A DNA stretch of 64,000 nt from Candidatus Zhuqueibacterota bacterium (GTDB taxonomy: Bacteria > Zhuqueibacterota > Zhuqueibacteria > Thermofontimicrobiales > Thermofontimicrobiaceae). Both the position numbers and the translations under genes were made by a program. The notes below the pieces were generated by a model. The model worked only from the letters and a program-made list of their open reading frames with translations. It was not told the origin of the DNA and searched no databases. Positions 1-8,246 of the stretch are shown here, piece by piece; position 1 is the first letter of the stretch; each line of letters begins with the position of its first letter. Location of the stretch: positions 192,001-256,000 of the forward strand of contig JBMOPW010000020.1 of NCBI GenBank assembly GCA_049322915.1. Reading direction: 5' to 3'.

Positions 1-389
1 GTGAAAAACGACAGAAAATTCGAGTCAACGAACAGGATGTTGCTTTCATAAAAAGCATCGGCTTCCCGCTTGATCGTCATTTTATTCACAGGATAAATTC
101 TCAAGCCAGCTTCGATTCCAGGAAATTCATTTTGCAACGCATGGAGGAGTGGCATTGGCGTAAAGGCAGTGTGTTCCTCTTTTTTATTTTCCGATTGGAG
201 CACCTGAACGACGCTGAAAATTCTCGTGGCATTTTTATGGAATTTATCCGCATTCAGTTTTACTCCCGCAGTTAAAGCAAAGATAGCAAATCCTGTCATC
301 CCGACCGCCATTCCCAAAATGTTGATGAGAGAATAGGCTTTTTGTTTTTTCAGATTTCGTAATGCGACAAGTAAATAATTTTTGAACAT
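1..389 (-). CDS. FtsX/MacB-type ABC permease, N-terminal part (runs off the window edge; not in the ORF track)
   Basis: Manual minus-strand translation from ATG at 389: MFKNYLLVALRNLKKQKAYSLINILGMAVGMTGF...DKFHKNATRIFSV..., open to position 1. Same N-terminal pattern as the four permeases at 561-10601; AGGAG RBS upstream. Confidence 0.9.
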   Translation of the reverse strand, partial: MFKNYLLVALRNLKKQKAYSLINILGMAVGMTGFAIFALTAGVKLNADKFHKNATRIFSVVQVLQSENKKEEHTAFTPMPLLHALQNEFPGIEAGLRIYPVNKMTIKREADAFYESNILFVDSNFLSFF

Positions 390-406
390 GATTTTCTCCT
401 TCTCGT

Positions 407-596
407 GCATAGCGCAGAGCGTTATACGTGGGACGAGAGACGGCAGACGTGAGACGAAAAAGTTGGCGTCTCACATTTCACGTTTGACGTTTCACGCAAA
501 TTACGCTATGCGCTTATTCGTATCTCTAACTCTCCATCCGCCAAAGGACGGATTTCATCACTACTCACATCGCAAGGATTCAACTGGATTTGCCAG
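407..596. repeat. Inter-permease junction repeat, copy 1 (heptamer hairpin + relic 3' end + shared live 3' end)
   Basis: 528-596 matches 8178-8246 at 68/69 nt. Heptamer arm GCATAGC..GTGAGAC (407-455) is inverted against GTCTCAC..GCTATGC (468-511). Confidence 0.95.
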
Positions 597-2987
597 CGCT
601 GCTTTAATCGATTGATAACTCACCGTAATCACTGCAATAATGAGCGCTAAAGTTCCTGCCAATAAAAATGTCCACCAGCTAATATGAATCCGATAAGCGA
701 AGTTTTGTAACCATCGATTTACGGCAAAATAGGCAATTGGCCAGGCGATTATGTTTGAAATAAGAATCCATTTGACAAAATCTCGATTTAGCCACTGAAT
801 GATATTTATAACCGAAGCACCAAGTACTTTACGGATGCCTATTTCTTTGGTGCGCTGCTTTGCAATAAATAGAGCCAAACCAAATAATCCAAGGCTGGCA
901 ATAAACAATCCCATGATGGTAATAATACTTAATAATCGACTCACTTGCTCTTCAAACCGATATTGTCGATCGAAATCTTCATCGAGAAAAATTCCTTCAT
1001 ACGGGATCGATGGATGTAATTCACTCCATTTCGATTCGATGAATTTTAAAGTTTTATTTAAATTTTTAGTATTTAAAGACAATGTGATCACATTGAACAA
1101 AGATGGCTCATATTCCATAAAAAGGGGTTCTACAGTACTTTGCATTCCCTGATAATGAAAATTTTTTGTCACACCGACGATTTCCTTCTGGGTGAAGCCA
1201 CTATATATTTTCTTCCCAATCGCTTCTTCCGGTGAGCTCCAGCCGAGCAGTCCGACGGCAGCTTCATTAATAAGAAAGGCATTTTTCTCGTCATTTTGTT
1301 CTTTCAGGAAGGGGCGCCCAGCAACAAGCTCGATACCATATTCAGGGATAAAATCATGATCTACAGCCATATATTTCAAATCAAAAGGCTTTACCAAAAT
1401 ATCATTGCTAAAGCTTAATGAGTTATGAAGAACAGAACGCCCAGGGACGCTCGAAGATACGGTTGTACCAACAATCGCATGGTATTTATCGAATTCACTT
1501 TTCAACACTGTGTAATGGTCGCATACTTTTTTATTCATCCGAAACGGAATGACAAGTTTCTGCTCTTTGTTAAATCCCAACGATTGACTCTTCATAAAAT
1601 GAAGTTGGTTATAGATTGTGATCGTGCTTATGGTTAATAATATCGAAATCGCAAATTGTCCGATAACAAGTACCTTCAGGAGAAAAGTCCCACGTGAGTT
1701 GGTTACAGTTGATCCTTGAATCATAAGCGATGGTTTGAAGGCAGTCAAAATAAAAGCAGGATAACCGCCAGCAACAATACTGATAAATAATAAAAGACCC
1801 ACCAGCGCGAGAAGTACTGTCGGCTGAAAGAGTCCTCTGTGGGATAATTCAGTGCCAGCCATCTCGTTAAATAGGGGTAATAATATTTCTAACAACAGAA
1901 ATGCGAAAATCAATGCCAGGATGGTGATGATTATGGACTCACCCAAAAACTGCTTGATCAATTGAAATCGTTTGGCGCCGACAACCTTGCGCAAACCAAC
2001 TTCTTTGGTTCGATAAACCGACCGCACATTGGAAAGGTTTATGTAATTCATACAGCCAATTAATAAAATCAAAAATCCTATTACCGAATAAATGTATAGA
2101 TAAAGCTTGTTTCCTGGCGGTTCTATTTCATACCTCAGATTCGAATTGTAATGAATATCGAGTAACGGCTGCAAAAAATAGGTCCGTGTTTGTCCCCATA
2201 GGTCTAACTGTTTTTTGACATACTTGTAGGCAAGTCCACTGATTGACTCTTTGAATTCATTCACATTAGTGTTCGATCTGATCTTAACATACGTATACGC
2301 CGCACTGGAATGCCATTCTCGCAACAGAAAACCCCCTTCGTGTGTTTTCAAGGAGAGAAGTAAATCATATTTAAAATGAGAGTTTGAACGAGAGTTCTCG
2401 ATCACTCCAGTTACTATATAATCACAGACAGCAGGGAACGGCGCATAAAATCCACGAAATTCATAAATTGGATCTTTAATCTGGATTGTTTTACCGATTG
2501 GATTTTCATCTCCAAAATATTTCTTTGCCATATTTGTAGTCATCACGACCGTTCTTGGATTTTCTAATGCTGTTTCCGAATCACCTTGGATAAACGGCAT
2601 TGTAAATATTTTAAATATTTCCTGATCAACGTAGAACATTCGTTCCTCATAAAACGCCTTGTTTTCGTACCTGACAAATCCATCATTTAGTTGTAGGATT
2701 CTGGCTGCATGCTCAACCTGTGGGAAATCACTTTTCAGGACTGTCGCCACAACAGGACTGATTCGAGCAAATTTGAACTCGCCCAACGGAACCTTTCTAT
2801 ATTCGGCAATGCGATAAATTCTCACTGCGTCTTTATTGAATCGATCATACGACGATTCACTGGCGACATAAAGAAATATCACCATGCAGCAGGCGATTCC
2901 TATTGCCAGTCCTGCGATATTGATGGCAGAATATGTTTTATGCTTTTTAATATTTCGAAGAGTGATTTTCAAATAATTCTCTAGCAT
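561..2987 (-). CDS. ABC transporter permease, duplicated MacB_PCD/FtsX (~800 aa)
   Basis: NYLKITLRN start, two RxKE(I/V)G(I/L)RKV(L/V)GA motifs, C-terminal ANPVESLRCE. Confidence 0.95.
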   Translation of the reverse strand: MLENYLKITLRNIKKHKTYSAINIAGLAIGIACCMVIFLYVASESSYDRFNKDAVRIYRIAEYRKVPLGEFKFARISPVVATVLKSDFPQVEHAARILQLNDGFVRYENKAFYEERMFYVDQEIFKIFTMPFIQGDSETALENPRTVVMTTNMAKKYFGDENPIGKTIQIKDPIYEFRGFYAPFPAVCDYIVTGVIENSRSNSHFKYDLLLSLKTHEGGFLLREWHSSAAYTYVKIRSNTNVNEFKESISGLAYKYVKKQLDLWGQTRTYFLQPLLDIHYNSNLRYEIEPPGNKLYLYIYSVIGFLILLIGCMNYINLSNVRSVYRTKEVGLRKVVGAKRFQLIKQFLGESIIITILALIFAFLLLEILLPLFNEMAGTELSHRGLFQPTVLLALVGLLLFISIVAGGYPAFILTAFKPSLMIQGSTVTNSRGTFLLKVLVIGQFAISILLTISTITIYNQLHFMKSQSLGFNKEQKLVIPFRMNKKVCDHYTVLKSEFDKYHAIVGTTVSSSVPGRSVLHNSLSFSNDILVKPFDLKYMAVDHDFIPEYGIELVAGRPFLKEQNDEKNAFLINEAAVGLLGWSSPEEAIGKKIYSGFTQKEIVGVTKNFHYQGMQSTVEPLFMEYEPSLFNVITLSLNTKNLNKTLKFIESKWSELHPSIPYEGIFLDEDFDRQYRFEEQVSRLLSIITIMGLFIASLGLFGLALFIAKQRTKEIGIRKVLGASVINIIQWLNRDFVKWILISNIIAWPIAYFAVNRWLQNFAYRIHISWWTFLLAGTLALIIAVITVSYQSIKAALANPVESLRCE

Positions 2988-3009
2988 GATTCATTTCCTT
3001 TGATTTTCC

Positions 3010-3076
3010 GCTTAGCGCAAAGAGCATGGCGCATCGCATCCTTTTCGCCATGCCCTTTGCTTTATACACCATACGC
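3010..3076. repeat. Inter-permease heptamer hairpin, short form (junction 2)
   Basis: GCAAAGAGCATGGCG (3017-3031) vs CGCCATGCCCTTTGC (3046-3060): 14/15 inverted match with 7-nt periodic units. Confidence 0.85.
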
Positions 3077-5476
3077 TTATTCGTATCTCAAACTCTTCAC
3101 TGGATTCGCCAGTGCCGCTTTAATCGAATGATAGCTGACTGTCAACAAAGCAATGAGCAAAGTTGCCGATCCAGCCACCACAAATGTCCACCATTCCAGG
3201 TTGATCCGATACGTGAAATTTTGCAGCCATTGCGTCAGGCAGTAATAGGCAACGGGCCAGGCGATGATGTTGGCAATCAACACCCATCTGGTGAAATTCC
3301 AGGTTAACGATGATACGATACCTGGGACGGATGCGCCGAGCACTTTTCGGATGCCGATCTCTTTGGTTCGCCGCTCGGCGGTAAAAGTGGCTAAACCGAA
3401 TATGCCGAGGCATGCGATAAAAATAGCCAATATGTTTGAATACATCAGAATCTGTCCCAGCTTCTGTTCCGATTGATACATCTGATTGAATTGATCATCG
3501 AGAAAAAAATGCTGAAAAGGATATCGAACCTTGAAGCGATTATACAGGCTCTCTATTTTTGCCAGTGTCTCATGGAAATTGCCTGGGATCATTCGGATCT
3601 GAATCCAATATGAATTGGGTCGGCATCGAATAATGACGGGTTTGATATTGAAATGTAACGGACGGGCATGGAAATCTTTCACCACGCCGATAATATTGTA
3701 TCTGGCATCCTGAGGGCCGCTCCATACCTGGGGTACCTGTTTGCCAATCGGATTGGCCCAGCCTATTTGTTTCACAAAGGTTTCATTCACGATCAGGGCT
3801 GTAGCTGAATCGCTACCAAACGCTTTTGAAAAATTCCGACCCTGCACCATACGCATCTTAAACAGATCGATGAAATTATAATCGACTTCGAGAAGCTGGT
3901 AATGCACCAGTTTATTTTCCCCATTGTCTTTTTGGAATTCGATCCCAGTTGCCCAATTAATGTTAGTGGGTAGCTCGCTTGAAGTCGTGACATCGACGAC
4001 TTTGGGAATTTGCAGCAGATCATTTTTGAATGCTTCAAAATTATTGGTGATTTCCGAATCCGCCTGTCGCAGCACTAAAATCTGTTCCCTCCTGAATCCC
4101 AGGTCTTTGTGTTTGATATAACCAATCTGCCGGTATATTACGAGTGAAGCAATCATCAAAACGATTGCGATGCTGAATTGGAACAAAACCAGAAAATTCC
4201 TGAGATTCATGCCTTTTTTTTGATCCGTATTTTTTGACCTTAAAATTATCACGGGCTTCATCGAAGACAGAACGATTGAAGGATAAATACCAGAGATCAG
4301 ACCCGTGGCGATGACAACGGCAATTAATCCGAGAATCTCAGTTTTATTTAGAAAGAAACTCCAGTCAATCGTTCGCTGAATGAATTGATTGAACACTGGC
4401 AGCAGCATGGTTACCAGCGTAATTGCAGCAACAAATGCCAGTACTGACATGAATAGCGATTCTCCTGTAAACTGCCCGAACAATTGGTGACGCATTGAGC
4501 CGACCACTTTTCGAACCCCGATTTCTTTGGCTCGCTTCGAGGCATTTGCTGTCGACAAATTCACGGCATTGATGCAGGCGATCAATAGGACAAATATGGC
4601 AACGACGGTGAATAGTCGAATCAAATAGATGTCCGTGGGCGCGCCGAGTTCATAGCGATAGCCTGATGTGAGATGAACCTGGTGCAGCGGCTGCAGAAAA
4701 TAGTTGAAATTCAATCGGAATTCCCAATCACCATATTTTGTTTTGGTAAAGTCATTGAGTTTTTTTTCAAACGCCCTGGCATCGCATCCAGGCTGCAATT
4801 TAATGAAGGAGTAGTAATTATCCCAATTCCAGGCATTCAATCGCCTGTCACGATCATCAGGCTGAAACTGACTTTCGAAGGGGAGAATCCAATCAAATTG
4901 AATGTTGGAATTTTCAGGCGCATTCTCGGCAATGCCAGCGACCGTAAAATCACCGAGCGAACATGTCAGCGTTTTTCCTAATGGATCGTCGTTGCCGAAA
5001 AGTTTTTGCACCAGCCGTTGGCTGATAATGATGTTTTGCAGGTTATCCAGAATTTTCTCTTTGTCACCTTTGATCAGCTTGAAAGAAAAAATATTGAAAA
5101 AATTTTTATCAGCCAATACGCCCGCTTCAAAGAAATGCATTTCATCTCGGGACAGCAATAGCTGATTAAAGGAGCTGAATCGGGTGGCAGATTCAACTTC
5201 AGGGAACGCTTCCATCAGCGCCGCAGCCAGTGGCGCAGGTGTAATTGCCAGCATGTCCTCCGTCGTTCCAAATTTTTCACCTGGCAATTGAAAAATAATG
5301 CGAAAAATGCGATTGGAGTGCTGGTGGAAATTATCGTAGCTAAGTTCGTATTGCACGAACAGCATAATGAGCATAAAGCAGGTCATTCCAATCACCAGTC
5401 CTGCAATATTAATGAACGAATATCCCTTATTTCTCTGGATATTTCGAAGGATTAATTTCAGGTAGTTATTGAACAT
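3077..5476 (-). CDS. ABC transporter permease, duplicated MacB_PCD/FtsX
   Basis: Same architecture; KEIGVRKVVG and KEIGIRKVLGA motifs; ends ANPVKSLRYE. Confidence 0.95.
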   Translation of the reverse strand: MFNNYLKLILRNIQRNKGYSFINIAGLVIGMTCFMLIMLFVQYELSYDNFHQHSNRIFRIIFQLPGEKFGTTEDMLAITPAPLAAALMEAFPEVESATRFSSFNQLLLSRDEMHFFEAGVLADKNFFNIFSFKLIKGDKEKILDNLQNIIISQRLVQKLFGNDDPLGKTLTCSLGDFTVAGIAENAPENSNIQFDWILPFESQFQPDDRDRRLNAWNWDNYYSFIKLQPGCDARAFEKKLNDFTKTKYGDWEFRLNFNYFLQPLHQVHLTSGYRYELGAPTDIYLIRLFTVVAIFVLLIACINAVNLSTANASKRAKEIGVRKVVGSMRHQLFGQFTGESLFMSVLAFVAAITLVTMLLPVFNQFIQRTIDWSFFLNKTEILGLIAVVIATGLISGIYPSIVLSSMKPVIILRSKNTDQKKGMNLRNFLVLFQFSIAIVLMIASLVIYRQIGYIKHKDLGFRREQILVLRQADSEITNNFEAFKNDLLQIPKVVDVTTSSELPTNINWATGIEFQKDNGENKLVHYQLLEVDYNFIDLFKMRMVQGRNFSKAFGSDSATALIVNETFVKQIGWANPIGKQVPQVWSGPQDARYNIIGVVKDFHARPLHFNIKPVIIRCRPNSYWIQIRMIPGNFHETLAKIESLYNRFKVRYPFQHFFLDDQFNQMYQSEQKLGQILMYSNILAIFIACLGIFGLATFTAERRTKEIGIRKVLGASVPGIVSSLTWNFTRWVLIANIIAWPVAYYCLTQWLQNFTYRINLEWWTFVVAGSATLLIALLTVSYHSIKAALANPVKSLRYE

Positions 5477-5495
5477 TTTTTTTCTCCGCTTTTTT

Positions 5496-5681
5496 GCATA
5501 TCGCAGAGCGTTATACGTGAGACGAAAGACGAAAGAATTTAGCGTCTCGCATCTCTCGTTTGACGTTTCACAAGTTTCACGCTATGCCCTTTGCACCCCA
5601 CGCTATTCGTACCTCCAACTTTCCATCCGCCAAAGGACGGATTTCATCACTACTCACAATGCAAGGATTCAACTGGATTTG
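5496..5681. repeat. Inter-permease junction repeat (junction 3)
   Basis: 5617-5681 matches 8178-8242 at 63/65 nt; same GCAGAGC GTTATAC GTGAGAC heptamer arm. Confidence 0.95.
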
Positions 5682-8013
5682 TCACTGCCGCTTTGATTGC
5701 TTGATAACTCACCGTAAAAATTGAGATCACCAGCACCACCATCGCTGACAGCACAAAAGGCTCCCATCCCAGATTGATTCGATAGGAAAAGCCTTGCAGC
5801 CATTGGCTCGCTGCCCAATACGCCACAGGCCAGGAGATAATGTTGGCAATAAGTACCCACAGGGTAAATTCTCCGGACAGCAGCAGAACGATGCCCGCAA
5901 CCTTTGCGCCCAATACTTTGCGGATGCCGATCTCTTTGGTGCGTCGTCCCGCCATGAACGACGCCAGTCCGAACAGCCCCAGGCAAGCGATGAAGATAGC
6001 CAGCCCTGAGAAATAGCCAAAAATTTTTCCGATCTTACGTTCGGTCGTGTATAAATTTTCAATTGATTCGTCAAGGAATTGGTATCGAAATGGATGTCCG
6101 GGAACGAACTTTTTCCACTTTTGCTCTAAATAACTGACGATCCCTTGTTCGCTGCCACTGTATTTAACGCAGACGAAGAAACCGTTGCGCAAGCTAATAA
6201 CTTTTGGCTGGATGAAATTCCGCAGCGAGCCGCCATGATAGTCCTTCACCACACCGATGATCGTGCCCGTTTTCCCATTGATCGTCAGGCGCTTGCCGAT
6301 CGGCTCATTCAAATCCATTCTTTTGATGGCCGATTCATTCAGAACAAAATTGGCGTCATCGCTGATGAACTCCCGTGAATAAAATCGACCTGCTGCCATT
6401 TTTAAACCAAAGGTTTTTAAAAAATCATAGTCGCCCAAATCGGAAAAAAGCATGATTTCTCTGGTCGGATCTTTGCCTTCCCACTGGACTTGTGTCGTTC
6501 CGCCAAAACCAGGCCCAGGTGGAAATGCCTGGCTCACGCTGAGAATATTTGGATTTTGGAGCAACTCATTTTTGGCGGCTTCGAAATTCATGCCGTATTG
6601 ACCATACGAGGCAAATGAAATGATATTATTCTGGTCAAAGCCCAAATCTTTATTCTGAATAAAATGAAGCTGCCAATAAATAACCGCAGTCAGGATGATC
6701 AGTGTGATGGTGATCGAGAACTGGCTGACCACGAGCACCTTCCGCAGGGCGCCGCCTTTGCCAGCGCTGAATTGAGCCATGGCTCTAAAAACGCCCGCAG
6801 GCTGAAATGATGATAAATAGAGAGCAGGGTAACTGCCTGAAACAATACCTGTTAATATGACAATCCCTAACAAGACGAACAATGAACTCAAATTTTTCGT
6901 CGGGTCGAGCGAAAGCTGCTTGCTGGCAAGCGAGTTAAAAGTCGGCAGTAGAATTTCCACAAGAATGATGCTTACAAATAGCGCTAAAAATGATAACAGT
7001 AAGGTTTCACCCAGAAACTGGATGATGATATCCCGCCGCTGGGCGCCAGTCACTTTGCGGATGCCGATTTCTTTCGCTCGTGCGCCGGAGCGGGCGGTCG
7101 AAAGGTTGGTGAAATTGATGCAGGCTAATGCCAGGATCAAGATGGCGACGATAGAAAAAATGTAAATATACGTGATATTACCTGGATTGGGGTAGACAAT
7201 GTTCCAGCTATTCAGGTGCATCGAATGTAAATGAACTGATTTTAACGGCTGGAGGTCGAGGGTGATTTTGGAATCGGGAATATTTTTGATGACCATGCCC
7301 GCCATTTTTTGTTTGAGATCATTCAGATCGATATTTTTTTTGGTCAGGATATAGGTCGTAAACTGAGTGTATGTCCAGCTATCCAGCTTGGATTCCCGCC
7401 ATTCGGTCATGTTGATGACAGGGAAGATGTAGTCGAACTGGAGATGGGAATTGTGCGGAATATCTTTCATGACTCCTGTGACCTTCAAATCCGTATCCGA
7501 CATCTGAACGATTTTCCCCATTGGCTCGTCATCGCCAAATATTTTTTTCGCTAACCTTTCGGTGAGCACAATTGAATAGCGATCGTGTAAAGCCGTTTTG
7601 GGATCGCCTTTGAGAAATGGAAATTGAAATATTTCAAAGAAAGAAGGATCGGCGCAGGCCAGCTTTTCGGTTATAAAAATTTTGTCGCCCAGATGAAGAT
7701 ACCAGTTCGACCAGCCTGATTGGACTCGAGTGAAATTTTCAACTTCGGGATATTCTTCAACCAGTGTAGGACCAATGAGTGAAGGTGATCCAACCGAGCG
7801 AATTAAATTGCCGCCCGACCTGTCTTCGGAAATGACCCGAAAAATGTGATCGTTATTTTTGTGGAATCGATCCCAACTCAATTCATCTTGCACCCACAGC
7901 AGGATGAGCGTACAGACGGCCATGCCAATAGCCAGTCCGATGACATTCAAGAACGAATAGCCTTTATAGCGTTTGATGTTTCGCAGTGCAATTGTCAAAT
8001 AATTTTTGAACAT
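5650..8013 (-). CDS. ABC transporter permease, duplicated MacB_PCD/FtsX
   Basis: Start moved to MFKNYL (8013), with AAGGAG RBS; ends TNPVESLHCE. Confidence 0.95.
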   Translation of the reverse strand: MFKNYLTIALRNIKRYKGYSFLNVIGLAIGMAVCTLILLWVQDELSWDRFHKNNDHIFRVISEDRSGGNLIRSVGSPSLIGPTLVEEYPEVENFTRVQSGWSNWYLHLGDKIFITEKLACADPSFFEIFQFPFLKGDPKTALHDRYSIVLTERLAKKIFGDDEPMGKIVQMSDTDLKVTGVMKDIPHNSHLQFDYIFPVINMTEWRESKLDSWTYTQFTTYILTKKNIDLNDLKQKMAGMVIKNIPDSKITLDLQPLKSVHLHSMHLNSWNIVYPNPGNITYIYIFSIVAILILALACINFTNLSTARSGARAKEIGIRKVTGAQRRDIIIQFLGETLLLSFLALFVSIILVEILLPTFNSLASKQLSLDPTKNLSSLFVLLGIVILTGIVSGSYPALYLSSFQPAGVFRAMAQFSAGKGGALRKVLVVSQFSITITLIILTAVIYWQLHFIQNKDLGFDQNNIISFASYGQYGMNFEAAKNELLQNPNILSVSQAFPPGPGFGGTTQVQWEGKDPTREIMLFSDLGDYDFLKTFGLKMAAGRFYSREFISDDANFVLNESAIKRMDLNEPIGKRLTINGKTGTIIGVVKDYHGGSLRNFIQPKVISLRNGFFVCVKYSGSEQGIVSYLEQKWKKFVPGHPFRYQFLDESIENLYTTERKIGKIFGYFSGLAIFIACLGLFGLASFMAGRRTKEIGIRKVLGAKVAGIVLLLSGEFTLWVLIANIISWPVAYWAASQWLQGFSYRINLGWEPFVLSAMVVLVISIFTVSYQAIKAAVTNPVESLHCE

Positions 8014-8042
8014 GATTTTCTCCTTAGCTTGCGTGGGGGAAC

Positions 8043-8246
8043 GCATGGCGCAGAGCGTTATACGTGAGACGTGAGACGAAAGACGCGAGACGAAAGAATT
8101 TAGCGTCGCACATCTCTCCTTTGACGTTTAACAAGATTCACGCAATGCCCTTTGCACCCCCCTCTATTCGTACTTCCAACTCTCCATCCGCCAAAGGACG
8201 GATTTCATCACTACTCACAACGCAAGGATTCAACTGGATTTGCCAG
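8043..8246. repeat. Inter-permease junction repeat (junction 4)
   Basis: Heptamers GCATGGC GCAGAGC GTTATAC GTGAGAC GTGAGAC GAAAGAC GCGAGAC, an inverted arm at 8105-8155, then the shared 69-nt block. Confidence 0.95.

Noticed and set aside
407..8246. CRISPR array or classical integron attC sites
   Set aside because: Repeats are ~2.5 kb apart and overlap coding ends; no cas or intI genes, and no convincing RYYYAAC/GTTRRRY boxes were seen.
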